DNA from: Giardia intestinalis
Lineage: Eukaryota
DNA length: 64,000 nt
Assembly: GCA_000002435.2 (NCBI GenBank)
Contig: CM018793.1
Direction: 5' to 3' (one strand)
Shown: positions 49,901-59,160 of the stretch, one piece after another
Layout of the letters: every line of letters starts with the position of its first letter
How positions within the stretch are numbered: position 1 is the stretch's first letter
Translations under genes and position numbers: made by a program
The notes under the pieces: generated by a model
Database searches by the model: none
What the model saw: the letters and a program-made list of their open reading frames with translations, nothing else
Told to the model about the DNA's origin: nothing

Positions 49901-52900
49901 TGAAGGTCTTCTCGCAGCACTTTGTGCATCTCTTTTCTCTCTTGCCAGATGACATGAAGAATGGGACGACATTTACTCAGGAGTTAGCATACATACTATC
50001 GTATGCAGTGCTCATGCTAAATACAGACTTGCACAACTCATCTGTCAAAGAGAAAATGACCAAGGAAGTGTTCATCAAAAATACGAAGTGTGCAGACAAG
50101 CAGGACCTCATCCAAGTCCAATTCCTGGCAGAGCTATATGATGGCATCATCTCTTCGCCCTTTAGTATTAACGAGATCAGGACCAGGCAGTTTATCAGTA
50201 CCCACGGCTTCCCACAGTTATGCAAAAAGCTAGGAAAGTATATATCTATGGAACTTGACTGTGTCTATCGAGAGTCTGCCAATTGTCACAACACACTTAC
50301 TGTGAAGCTTGATGAATGCGACGACATTCTGATGGACATTCTTGAAGAAGATACCAACTTAGATCTGGTGTCCAAGCCTTCGCTAACAGCTTGCTCGTCG
50401 GAGTCTTGCATTAGGGGTACAGACGCATCACATACTCCACTCGCTTCTACCAGTACAGCATCGAAGGGTCGCGATGACCAGAACAGTGGAACAACCGAGC
50501 CTGATGCAGCTGCAGTTGAAGAGCACATAGAGGCAGGAAGCCTGGCAATGCCATTGCAGAAGATTGCATATAATCTGCAGCAAACCACACCACAGTCCAC
50601 TGCCACTCCCCGTGATCCAGAAGAATCTGGCCATGGCTCTGAGACCCTTGCCACAGCCGAACAAAAGTCACATAACAATGAACAGCCAACTCCGCAAGCT
50701 AGCCCGCCGAGTGGACCGATATCCATATCGGATATTCAGGCATTCAAGCAATATGAGCGGTTTCTTCGAATTAATATAGCACTGAACATGTTTATGAATC
50801 GCGCAGTTGACTCACTCACAGTCTATATGAAGGCTTTATGGTTCAAAGTTCCAGCTGAGTTCACTGGCGCCGTTCCAGAGCTTGTTTTCCACTTATATAG
50901 ACTTTGCGATTATTTGATTGTCTGTCAGACGAAGCAGAATATTGCAGAGGAACGTATCAGCGACATCATTTCCCGAGAAGAGACAATACTTCGCATCTTC
51001 CAGCACCGATCTCAGCTGCTTCGTAACCTTGTTATTTCGAGCTTATTCTATCTCAGGCGGCATGTCTGGCATGCCAATCTTATTATTCCACACTTGGAGC
51101 CTTCCGAGCTATCGACACAGCTAGCTTCTAGCTTAAGGCTGGGTAACAGCAAGGAGGACTTTACTCTCTTAGCCACGTTAGCTGGGCAGCACTGCGCTGT
51201 AGCCATAGTCCTCTTCGTGCTTGTATCCTCTCATGTCAATGAGGGCGCATATGAAGCCTTTGGGCATCTATACAATCTTTCTAGAATTCTGTACAAGCTC
51301 GTGAGCGACTCTAACCCAAAGGCACTGCGTCAAAGCTTTGTTCTTTCAAATCAAGAATTATCGCGTGGGATTGCTCTCCAGGAGTATACCTCGTTCCACA
51401 TTATTGAACACTTTATTAATCCATATCTTCACATCCTTATCATTGCCAATAAAGTTTTCCAGAAGTTGGGTCTACGCCTTGAAATCTTTAGCACCCTGGC
51501 ACTATCCTTTTCTGACAATATTTTGTACTTCTATAGGCACCTCCTAGATATTTTCACAGTGTCTCTTTTGGGCTCAGATAAGGTATGCGCCATTGTACTA
51601 GAGCAGCACGGAAAGGAGCTACATGCGTACAACATGATTCGGCTACCTATCAGTGTTGATTTCCTTACATTTACAATCAATATCTTTAAGCTCAGACTGC
51701 GAAAAGTTTATAATGCTACACCGGACAAGCAGTTGCCCGATGCAGGCACAGAGGTTCCGGCACTCATGACCCCTCGACGGGGGCTGCATACAGTAGATGT
51801 GGACATATACTCTCCAATAACGTGTCTAGATGCGTCGCGGTGTGATGCTAATGATGTTAATGATACTGCATCTAAGCCTACCACCCTTGACATGATCTTG
51901 GAGGAGTTCTCACTCGTATACAGTTCACTCATAGTCAGTATTCTCTATGGATATGTGTACTCGAACGACCCGCTAGAAAATGCTGCTACGTGCGCTACTC
52001 TCATACGGACTTTGAGTAGGTTTGTCAAGTACATGCTGCCTATTTTTAGGAACAACTTTGAATACTCTGATAACAGACTATCCAGGCTTTTCTTCCTTCC
52101 GCTAGCACACCTGAGCAAGCTGATACCGTATCCAACAGACTTGTCGCTGCTTTTTGCAATGGTCAATGAGCTCCTCACAGAGCTCCCTGATACTGATGAC
52201 CATGACGCTATCTTTTCTGTTATTCTTTCCTCATTGTACAGAATAACGAACAAGAGTCACAATACGTCTATTGAGAATGGTCTTGAAGAGCTTGCATGCA
52301 CAGAGTGCTTCCATGAGAACAGTGAGCCAGACTTTCCATATAGCTCAAGGTCCTGTTTATTTAGCACTGATTTTCTGGTACTGTACCGAAAGAGCACGCC
52401 TATTGACATGACTGCTTTACAGAACACGCTCATGGGCTCCACCATATTGGAACATGGAGCTTCTGTGGTATACCCTACAATCGCGCAGAAAAAGAAGAGC
52501 TTACTACAGGGCTCATCTGTTCTTTCATGCATTACACCTAACGCCTCTATCACCAGCTCCATTAGTGCCTCTGTCACATACTCCAATGAGTATAGCTGGT
52601 CAACGACCTATGAACAACTTGATGGGCTGCTAAACTTCTTGGGCTCCAAGGTCTCTGAATTGAATAACACAAATGCAAGCAGATTTTGTACTGCCATAGC
52701 TCACTTTACATGTCTTGGAGAGACTACCATCTCTAGGACTGCGCTAGGAATCCTCAAAGAAGCGCTGCCAACTATTTTGTCGCTTCACACGGAGCATACA
52801 CTCGTACTGCTGGAATGTTACCTTAAAACTTTGGAAGCTGCGACCCAGACGAGCAGAGCACTAGCGCTGAGGAACTTTGTATACTCTATCGCCACAGTCC

Positions 52901-54033
52901 TAATTAATAGCGAGCTCTCTTGCAACTCGGAGCTGTGGGGCTCAGTGTGGCAACGTTGTGTCTCCCCTATCCTTGTGTTCCAGTACACTAGAAACGAGTA
53001 CGATATCTTGCTCTTTGTGGCCCATACAATTTACTTGATGCTTTCACCGAATGCTCCATTGAACGCTCCATCAAATGAGTATAGCAGTACAGAGGTCGAA
53101 CTAACGCATCAGACCCTCCAGTCGGCATGCACTTCCTTCCTTTCTCCACTAGCCACAGATTGTTCTAGCATATCGTCATCCAAGCAGCATACCATTGTCT
53201 CAGCGTTCTTTGCATTGGTACTGCAATTAATGTTGCAAGGGCAACCCGGGGCCGAGGCAATCGCGCTCCTTTTTTCAGGCGTTATTGAGCCCATGCTCTT
53301 GGTGTCAAACATGTACCAGGTGAAGAGCTCCTTTAGCGCTAAGGAATATATTTATGATCCGCTTTTTGATTTACTAGTAGATAGGGTTGACACCACAACA
53401 TTTCTAAGTTCCACAAAAGAGCAGTCAGTGGCTCCACGCATCACAAGTGCAGCCACACTTCTCAGGTACACACTTGATACTTTGATTTCTGCTCAATTTG
53501 ATCTGCTTAACAATGATGCATTTGCTTTCTTCTGTTCTGTTCTAGAAGGACCTGTCTTAGAGCTCTTGAAGAACATATCTGAAACATACAGTTCTCATAA
53601 TAATTTACGAACCGAAGATTGTGAGGCAATTGCATCTGGGGCAGATTTAGTATTTGCGTTAGCAAGCTTACTGGCACCTGGTACAGAGAGCGAATGTTCC
53701 GCACCTGATCATTTCCTCAATAGATTGAAGCAATCGGATCACGATATTGGTAGAGTTCTTCGATTTACAGAACAAGGACTGGTTCAATGCATATCATTGC
53801 TCACCGTTCTCTCCCGCAAGCTTTCTCCAACGGACGAAACTATTTGCGCTGAATATCACCGCATATCTAACGAGCTCTTTTCAATACTAACCACCCTGCT
53901 AACCGCGGACCCATCTATAAAGACCATTTGCAAGGCTACTTTCAAGAAGCTTATAACGCTGGCAGTTCACAACGATTTAGAGATAAGAATGGCTCTAGTT
54001 TCATACTTGGACGCTTACGACGAAAAATTCTGA
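46930..54033 (+). CDS. Large Sec7-domain ARF guanine-nucleotide exchange factor, BIG/GBF-like, 2,367 aa
   Basis: The Sec7 core reads FLIAIRYYLSFFHIPGESQQIERIMKVFSQHF...ELAYILSYAVLMLNTDLHNSSVKEKMTKEVFIKNTKCADKQDLIQVQFLAELYDGI. The ATG is preceded by the tract ttttttaaataaaATG. An internal poly-Q tract is present. Confidence 0.85.
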   Translation: MSHLPEDFQYIGELLSSIIRVLPRKLGALRPPLKNLESIFISFLTVINEDTDQISISANDFLASVKPIPHDSYLAEGAEVLKTIAKLLSSQHQKLINPQDECTHQQQMIYLGDLVELSATAPSEAVCAADGVTKSTKSKKAKAIARDKMVLQLYYETFSNSKMLLPLLGIALKILSLQIDSHINAVPSKLIELCYCLLTVLLASGVLYMSSAQLCLQGLLAVEYRRLVKYDSRKSVFHNFLMLESCFNFDREIVAVRTLLLCLINCAALRNVYLIEQQAQLVDNSPEPSAAVSANWITEHTLLLIKYVLCRLFTIILALDKNFPSVSKLKPSVSTKTLATDSNIYDYASLVFLRVQASIETLEITPEQFSCMNQRKYEQFLNTVQRLDVLHLHEVLNVSHSSSLPIGLMPSTTRMYFYNAVTTSIAQVFSYAFHLRSLHLKGGFLIPRVPPDLDKSRIACIGEDKEAMVNLQAPSNSEASHRTNASMHMDTVESYMLSITGEFIRVLSRQPDALVSLSLEMYLAFTTVIKAMQAPSQIFMLTYRHVSQLLHILIDTISIGLSADSSELYRISLYFLRKLLVVALPMPGLFEVINSILQNFLIMPLNESESADIRGHGLLFIDLLLGTTYAGKDATYTEKQINLLSFLYDSHIASSDIVCSALPGLYPMKPIVLSLLDAVANNLNTYMTLTDASLTSISHKTLSLEALLYKYIDLSHRVDATTLTAQYSLSPQGPNNTAVFFSTVADCAVHVLVSIMRGFRRFLMDRKLTEAQQMIILSNKPLEDHIVSLLNDYRRNTLISEFATASRPKKVIQKMIQCGYIRNDHRSIIRYIVSQNFNKKGFGVLLGDPHESELLEAFADIVFSDLRLFIDSVRQGKTGSMVSVPNSEDRSCYDRVAAMVNTESLGSLFTLTQKEMQTLRARQRQQQQQQQQKSSSEGRQSDHTPIIPVMCRWSEQKEMPEKSENIFLIAIRYYLSFFHIPGESQQIERIMKVFSQHFVHLFSLLPDDMKNGTTFTQELAYILSYAVLMLNTDLHNSSVKEKMTKEVFIKNTKCADKQDLIQVQFLAELYDGIISSPFSINEIRTRQFISTHGFPQLCKKLGKYISMELDCVYRESANCHNTLTVKLDECDDILMDILEEDTNLDLVSKPSLTACSSESCIRGTDASHTPLASTSTASKGRDDQNSGTTEPDAAAVEEHIEAGSLAMPLQKIAYNLQQTTPQSTATPRDPEESGHGSETLATAEQKSHNNEQPTPQASPPSGPISISDIQAFKQYERFLRINIALNMFMNRAVDSLTVYMKALWFKVPAEFTGAVPELVFHLYRLCDYLIVCQTKQNIAEERISDIISREETILRIFQHRSQLLRNLVISSLFYLRRHVWHANLIIPHLEPSELSTQLASSLRLGNSKEDFTLLATLAGQHCAVAIVLFVLVSSHVNEGAYEAFGHLYNLSRILYKLVSDSNPKALRQSFVLSNQELSRGIALQEYTSFHIIEHFINPYLHILIIANKVFQKLGLRLEIFSTLALSFSDNILYFYRHLLDIFTVSLLGSDKVCAIVLEQHGKELHAYNMIRLPISVDFLTFTINIFKLRLRKVYNATPDKQLPDAGTEVPALMTPRRGLHTVDVDIYSPITCLDASRCDANDVNDTASKPTTLDMILEEFSLVYSSLIVSILYGYVYSNDPLENAATCATLIRTLSRFVKYMLPIFRNNFEYSDNRLSRLFFLPLAHLSKLIPYPTDLSLLFAMVNELLTELPDTDDHDAIFSVILSSLYRITNKSHNTSIENGLEELACTECFHENSEPDFPYSSRSCLFSTDFLVLYRKSTPIDMTALQNTLMGSTILEHGASVVYPTIAQKKKSLLQGSSVLSCITPNASITSSISASVTYSNEYSWSTTYEQLDGLLNFLGSKVSELNNTNASRFCTAIAHFTCLGETTISRTALGILKEALPTILSLHTEHTLVLLECYLKTLEAATQTSRALALRNFVYSIATVLINSELSCNSELWGSVWQRCVSPILVFQYTRNEYDILLFVAHTIYLMLSPNAPLNAPSNEYSSTEVELTHQTLQSACTSFLSPLATDCSSISSSKQHTIVSAFFALVLQLMLQGQPGAEAIALLFSGVIEPMLLVSNMYQVKSSFSAKEYIYDPLFDLLVDRVDTTTFLSSTKEQSVAPRITSAATLLRYTLDTLISAQFDLLNNDAFAFFCSVLEGPVLELLKNISETYSSHNNLRTEDCEAIASGADLVFALASLLAPGTESECSAPDHFLNRLKQSDHDIGRVLRFTEQGLVQCISLLTVLSRKLSPTDETICAEYHRISNELFSILTTLLTADPSIKTICKATFKKLITLAVHNDLEIRMALVSYLDAYDEKF
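49696..49725 (+). repeat. Coding CAR (Gln) microsatellite inside the ARF-GEF
   Basis: The sequence caacggcaacaacagcagcagcagcaacaa encodes QRQQQQQQQQ. Confidence 0.7.
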
Positions 54034-54045
54034 GCAGGCGTGACA

Positions 54046-54078
54046 ATTCACTACAACTAACAGAGAATCCCAGTAAAC
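54046..54078. terminator. Shared 46-bp convergent 3' spacer with AGTRAAY-type poly(A) motifs on both strands
   Basis: AGTAAAC lies at 54072-54078 on the plus strand, 39 nt after the ARF-GEF stop. AGTGAAT lies on the minus strand, the reverse complement of 54046-54052, 28 nt after the epsin stop. The motif identity rests on the Giardia consensus AGTRAAY. Confidence 0.4.
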
Positions 54079-54079
54079 C

Positions 54080-55297
54080 TTAAAAGAAGGACATGAGGTC
54101 GGCTATGTTGTTCGTCTGGGCTGGAGCTTGTGGTTGCATTTGGGGTTGGATTTGCTGAGTGGGCTGATGAACCGGTTGAGCGGGCATCGTTGAAGGGAAG
54201 GGTGCAGAACCCGGGGGCTGGTAGGACTGTGTCTGCATAGGCATCACTGCTTGTGGCTGCTGTTGTTGTTGTTGTTGTTGCTGCATCATGGCAAGCATCT
54301 GCTGCTGCTGAGCTATCATCTGCTGTTGATAAGCCTGGAGCTGCTCCGGGCTCATGGCCATCATCTGCTGTGGAGTGAGCATCTGAAGCTGCTGGATTGG
54401 AGCTGCTGGCTGAGCAGCAGGAGCCATCTGCTGGGTGGCAGGAGGCTGCTGCATACGCTGCATAGGGTTCGCGGGCATCGGAATCGCGCCCGCAGGCCTC
54501 GGCATGCCCATCGGCCTTTGCATGCCCATACCCATGCCCATGTTGGCGCCTGAACCCATTCCTGCTGTCATGGACGCCTGAGACATAGACTGCTGACTAG
54601 TATATGCAGAGATGGTGGCATTAGGGTCCTGAAGTCCCATAGTATGCATCGCCGGTTGCGATGTCATGGACATTGAGGCGTCAGCTGGTCTGGCCATGAA
54701 GCTTTCAGATTGTCCCTTTCCACGCATGGCAACGCTCTCTGACGAGGTGTAGATGGGAACCTTCTGCTTGACTGAAAAGTTGGCACCTATCCCGGAAGCA
54801 TTGTTCTGGACAACATCGGCATACCTTTGACGTGTATCTGCTGCATTACGACGCTTATCGTCGATATCGTCGGACATGGCCAACTCACGCACAGTTTCCG
54901 CGCGCTTCCTCACATTAATTCCACGATCAACGCCCTCCTCATCCTTGTACCGAAAGTCCTCGAGCGTCTGGATGACATTCAAGTGTGACTGAATGTCGCG
55001 GACGGTGTCAGGGCTGGCGTTGATGAGCAGGTGCTCAATGAGCAAAAGAGTCTTGTAGATCTGCTTCCAGCTCTTTGAGTTGGTGCTTGAAAGAAGTGAC
55101 CAGATAGTCTTCATCACGTTCGTTCGCGCAGAATGGTGCTCGCAATACCTCACGATGTCGTCCATATCTTCCGGGCTGGGTCCCCATGAAACCTTCGGGC
55201 TGGTGATTTGATTTACACGGTACTCCTCCTCTGACTGGCGCTTGAAGGTCCGATCAACCTTCCCAAAGAAGTTCTGCATGTTCTCCTTCGCAGGCAT
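54080..55297 (-). CDS. Epsin-like ENTH-domain protein with a Gln/Met/Pro-rich low-complexity tail
   Basis: The ENTH region reads ...YRVNQITSPKVSWGPSPEDMDDIVRYCEHHSARTNVMKTIWSLLSS..SKSWKQIYKTLLLIEHLLINASPDTVRDIQSHLNVIQTLEDFRYKDEEGVDRGINVRKRAETV. It aligns with epsin EIKVREATSNDPWGPS...IMSMIWKRLND.GKNWRHVYKAMTLMEYL...QTLKDFQYVDRDGKDQGVNVREKAK. The tail contains MQQQQQQQQQPQAV. Confidence 0.8.
   Translation of the reverse strand: MPAKENMQNFFGKVDRTFKRQSEEEYRVNQITSPKVSWGPSPEDMDDIVRYCEHHSARTNVMKTIWSLLSSTNSKSWKQIYKTLLLIEHLLINASPDTVRDIQSHLNVIQTLEDFRYKDEEGVDRGINVRKRAETVRELAMSDDIDDKRRNAADTRQRYADVVQNNASGIGANFSVKQKVPIYTSSESVAMRGKGQSESFMARPADASMSMTSQPAMHTMGLQDPNATISAYTSQQSMSQASMTAGMGSGANMGMGMGMQRPMGMPRPAGAIPMPANPMQRMQQPPATQQMAPAAQPAAPIQQLQMLTPQQMMAMSPEQLQAYQQQMIAQQQQMLAMMQQQQQQQQQPQAVMPMQTQSYQPPGSAPFPSTMPAQPVHQPTQQIQPQMQPQAPAQTNNIADLMSFF
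54257..54312 (-). repeat. (CAA/CAG)n coding microsatellite encoding the epsin poly-Q tract
   Basis: The plus strand reads ctgctgttgttgttgttgttgttgctgc...ctgctgctgctg. Confidence 0.7.
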
Positions 55298-55378
55298 TTT
55301 TTTTCAACCATATTTGTTTGCAATTATCGAAGGCAGGTATAATCATTCGCATGAGTGGTAGTCAGCGAAGGATATAAA

Positions 55379-56233
55379 ATGACATCTCGCGCCCCGCACT
55401 ATCATATAGTGAAACGTGACAGCGACCTTCGTGCTACTGCAAGGCGGCTTCTCTCGTCTGAAGCCGACAGTATAGGGCATTGCCCAGAGGGATATTCACT
55501 CTCTGAACTGGAGAAGTTATTGCAACAGATTACATTCCTCACCGAGGAACTTAACGCTAGCAGATTGAGCGCTGCAAGGGCGCAGGAGAGGCTTTCTCGG
55601 GCCGAAGAGCTTATATGGAGCTTTCTCCATGCCACTGATAGCGCGAGTCAAGAGAAAGCACCGGTGAACACATGCGATGTCAACACAAGTATGAGTGAGG
55701 TTACGGAGATACAGGAGAGCAGTGCGCAACACTGCCAACAGCTGCAGATGCAGTTTGAAGAATTGCAAATGCAGCATCATAACCTTCAAGCTGAGCACAA
55801 GGACTTATTGAAAAGACTAGAGCAACAACAGTCACACACTAAAGCAGAGGTTAATCAGGAAGAGAATCGCGCTACAATCATAAAATTAAATCAATCGTAC
55901 GGAGCAGCAGTAATAAAAAATAATACATTGGAACGACAACTGAAGGAGGCACGACACATGTTGATAGAGTCAGAGAGGCGCGCATCGAAGCAGCTGCAGG
56001 AGCTCAAAGATACCATGGAGACCCAGCTGGCGGCAAAAGAGCTAGAAATTCAACGCCTAGTCACTGCGGCCAATGAAGCTAAATGCGTTACCGATGGACA
56101 AAAACGAGTCCACTTCTTATCACCAATTCCCACTCAATCCGACGATAGCATATGTTTAAAACCTTTGCGAAAGGCCGGCATGTCCGTCAAACAGGTGACA
56201 GCGCACTTTCTGGATAGCGAGCTGATCCTTTAG
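55379..56233 (+). CDS. Coiled-coil protein of about 284 aa
   Basis: The frame is heptad-rich, LQMQFEELQMQHHNLQAEHKDLLKRLEQQQSH...LKEARHMLIESERRASKQLQELKD. The first ATG is at 55379, preceded by gatataaaATG; the track start is a GTG. Confidence 0.5.
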   Translation: MTSRAPHYHIVKRDSDLRATARRLLSSEADSIGHCPEGYSLSELEKLLQQITFLTEELNASRLSAARAQERLSRAEELIWSFLHATDSASQEKAPVNTCDVNTSMSEVTEIQESSAQHCQQLQMQFEELQMQHHNLQAEHKDLLKRLEQQQSHTKAEVNQEENRATIIKLNQSYGAAVIKNNTLERQLKEARHMLIESERRASKQLQELKDTMETQLAAKELEIQRLVTAANEAKCVTDGQKRVHFLSPIPTQSDDSICLKPLRKAGMSVKQVTAHFLDSELIL

Positions 56234-56238
56234 TCCTC

Positions 56239-59148
56239 TCAGTCTTGTGGCTCCAGTATCTTATCTCGCAGGGGTTGCCCAGTACATGCTGACCCTGCGC
56301 TTGTGCACCCTACTCCCAGAATAATGTTCTTCTCCAGTCTCCTCACATCCCGTGGCAATTCAGATGCTTCCTGGGCTCCGGCAACCTTGCTGGTGAAGCT
56401 TCTAAATGCGGCTGGAGAGCGAGCCATCATATATGGTATTCTAAACTCCGTGTAGTCGCAAAGCTTTATCTTGTCAGCAGAGATTCTCATTGTATGATGT
56501 CCAGTCATCTGGTGACCGACAATACTAAAATATATGATTATCTCATAACAGAGACTATCTCCAGGAGCTATCCCGTAGCGCTTGCTAAACAGTGCCTGGG
56601 AAATAGGGACTACAAATACCGATTTCTCTCCGCCACAGGCCCCCGTTCCAATTGGTATCCGAACCGAGCACTCTCCAACATTGTGGTGTGGAGAGTAATC
56701 AAACAAACCACAAGTGGCACTCGAAAATGTCTTTGTCTCGATGCAAAGACTCATCATTTCAGTTAGCTTGTCCTGTGGCTTGTGAATAGCATCAAATGCG
56801 GTGAATATTGTGGAGTCAGAGTCAAACGATTCTACCGCATCAGGACAGTCATCCCCATCGGATATGGCCACGGTCCCGGAAACATTAAGCAACGATTCAG
56901 CAGCAAGATTGTTTTTCACGGTCTTTAGTCTACTACCCTTTGATCCTACACTAGCAGGTGCTGTGATCCCTTTGTCCTTCTTTTCTGTGGGCCAATCATC
57001 AAGATAATCGGCACTCTTGTGGGTCTCGAGCCCTTCTGTATTAACTCCAGAATGCTCCGAAGAGTAGCAATGAAAAAGCAACTGCGCAGTGTTAAAGCAT
57101 CGCAGGAACAAGCTATCGACCAGAAAGCTTATATCCAGCTCTATAACGAACGACTCTGTTTTCGGCTCCACGACAAAGACCCGGGTACCCCGTCTCCCGG
57201 CGACTACAAGATATTCTGCCCTGAGGCTATCCTCTGAAAGCAAATTACAGGAGAACACTGGGACATTGGTAGCCATAGAGAGGCCCCTTAGCAGTCCCTT
57301 TTTAGTGTGCTCCAAGATGGATTGTTCTGTACCGTCCTTAGGGATCCTGGGAATAAAGATCAATGGATTGAAAGTCATCAGATACCTGGCAACTCTTGCA
57401 CTATAAATAGAGTACGTTTTAGCGGACATATCGAAGACGCGTGAGCTTATAACGGTGCACACTTCAATTATAGCCTTTATACTATACTCAGCTCCGTACA
57501 AAGAGACGCGTATGGCCGACTCCTGGGCTGGCCGTGAGCTGGAATTGGGCAGGGTGGGTACAGAGCGGGTAGAACTGGCAAGGTTTGACGCTGCTCTCGC
57601 TGGAGTCGGTTTGTCAGCTGGTTTGTGTGGCGGCTTCTCAGTCAAAGATGGGGTGCTTGCAGTCAAGAAATATCCTAGCAGCAAGTCATAGAGCTCCAGA
57701 TTGAAGACAGCTATTGGGTAGGGGTCATCTAAAAAGTCTTTAACATAGCTTGGAGTCTGTGCTCCGTCCTTGGCAGAGGGATCCTCTCCAAGATTGTACT
57801 TGTCTGTTGTGTATTGCAGGGTGCTGGGCTCTGTTAAAGTGATCAGCATATCCGAAGGATCAATGGTGGATCCGTCTGCTATCTTACTTGGTTTGTTGGC
57901 AGGTCCTGGGGTCATGGTTTTAGAATGTAACCCGGCATTGCTATGGTTGCTGTGCATACCGTTCGCAAAGCTTTGCGTCGTGTGTGGAGACTCACTTGCT
58001 GTTGCTGCTTCTTCGTTTGCTTTGTCTCGTATAGCTCGTGCATTAGTTGTGAGACCCCAACGGGTCTTCGGCGTTGTGGGGCCAATAAACCGCAGACAGT
58101 TAGACTCCATGTCAGCAACAAGGACGCCTGCTCTACATTCGGAAAGGCCCGCTGGCGCCCTAAAAGTAGATGCCCGTAGAGGACCGTCGAGGTTCCCCAA
58201 ACCAGGTGCCAAGTCATTGAGACAATGGACCATCTCGAAATGAGAGTCTAATGCATATATTCTACCAGAGCCGGCATCAGTAACAAGCAGAACATCGTCC
58301 ACGAATAAGAGGCCATATGGAAGCTCAAATCTAAAGGAAGCATAGTTACCAACGCCCGTGCGGCGCCTGGACAAATATTGCCGATTTGCTATTGAATTCC
58401 TGTATGAATAAGTACACATTGTTCTGATAATAGCACTGCTGGGTCTGCCCACTAGGGTGATAGTTTCTCCGTTCTCTCTAGAAACATACCTCAGGGCCCC
58501 ATTCTTAGAATCGCACACAATAACGTTGCCGTCCTCTGTTAAGACAAGGCCCAGGGGCTCGTTGAATAGGGGATTCAGTCCATCCTTATACCCAAACACA
58601 CCCGGTGTTCCGGCTAGAGTCTTTACCTTTCTAGTCATAAGGCTGAGGGTCCGTATGCAGTGGTTCTTCGCGTCAGTAAGATAGATAATGCCGTTCACTG
58701 GATCACTAACTATTGAATGGGGGAAGTTAAATGCTGCCTGTGAAAATCCTCCATCCAGGTGTGCAGCCTCACCCGTTCCAGCAAAATGTTCACAGTGGCC
58801 TGTCTCACCGTTGATAAACACCAAGCGATTATGGCCTGCATCTGCTAAAAGAACCCCGTTGACTCCGTTAATTACAATCCTGCACAATCCTCGAGGAGCC
58901 ATGATCGCTAGCTGAAATCCAGGGGCTCCAGATATATCAAGAGTAGAGACGGATCCGGAATCTAGATCCACGAGACGTAGGCAGTTGTTCAGCGAGTCTG
59001 AAACCATGACCACTTCATTGGCGAGCTGCTCCAATGCACACGGCCCGTTAAACGATGCCGCCAAAAGAGTACCGTCAGAAACGCCCTTGCAGCACGACCC
59101 CGCTACAGTTGCTGTAACATAGTAGGAAAATCGTGAACTGTGTTGCAT
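56239..59148 (-). CDS. NHL-repeat (beta-propeller) protein with a Pro/Ser-rich linker and an unassigned Cys/His-containing C-terminal domain
   Basis: The N-terminal NHL-like blades include IIYLTDAKNHCIRTLS, VIVCDSKNGALRYV, LLVTDAGSGRIYALD and VLVADMESNCLRFI. No match was recognised for the C-terminal 300 aa. Confidence 0.55.
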   Translation of the reverse strand: MQHSSRFSYYVTATVAGSCCKGVSDGTLLAASFNGPCALEQLANEVVMVSDSLNNCLRLVDLDSGSVSTLDISGAPGFQLAIMAPRGLCRIVINGVNGVLLADAGHNRLVFINGETGHCEHFAGTGEAAHLDGGFSQAAFNFPHSIVSDPVNGIIYLTDAKNHCIRTLSLMTRKVKTLAGTPGVFGYKDGLNPLFNEPLGLVLTEDGNVIVCDSKNGALRYVSRENGETITLVGRPSSAIIRTMCTYSYRNSIANRQYLSRRRTGVGNYASFRFELPYGLLFVDDVLLVTDAGSGRIYALDSHFEMVHCLNDLAPGLGNLDGPLRASTFRAPAGLSECRAGVLVADMESNCLRFIGPTTPKTRWGLTTNARAIRDKANEEAATASESPHTTQSFANGMHSNHSNAGLHSKTMTPGPANKPSKIADGSTIDPSDMLITLTEPSTLQYTTDKYNLGEDPSAKDGAQTPSYVKDFLDDPYPIAVFNLELYDLLLGYFLTASTPSLTEKPPHKPADKPTPARAASNLASSTRSVPTLPNSSSRPAQESAIRVSLYGAEYSIKAIIEVCTVISSRVFDMSAKTYSIYSARVARYLMTFNPLIFIPRIPKDGTEQSILEHTKKGLLRGLSMATNVPVFSCNLLSEDSLRAEYLVVAGRRGTRVFVVEPKTESFVIELDISFLVDSLFLRCFNTAQLLFHCYSSEHSGVNTEGLETHKSADYLDDWPTEKKDKGITAPASVGSKGSRLKTVKNNLAAESLLNVSGTVAISDGDDCPDAVESFDSDSTIFTAFDAIHKPQDKLTEMMSLCIETKTFSSATCGLFDYSPHHNVGECSVRIPIGTGACGGEKSVFVVPISQALFSKRYGIAPGDSLCYEIIIYFSIVGHQMTGHHTMRISADKIKLCDYTEFRIPYMMARSPAAFRSFTSKVAGAQEASELPRDVRRLEKNIILGVGCTSAGSACTGQPLRDKILEPQD

Positions 59149-59160
59149 GAGTTTTTTGCC

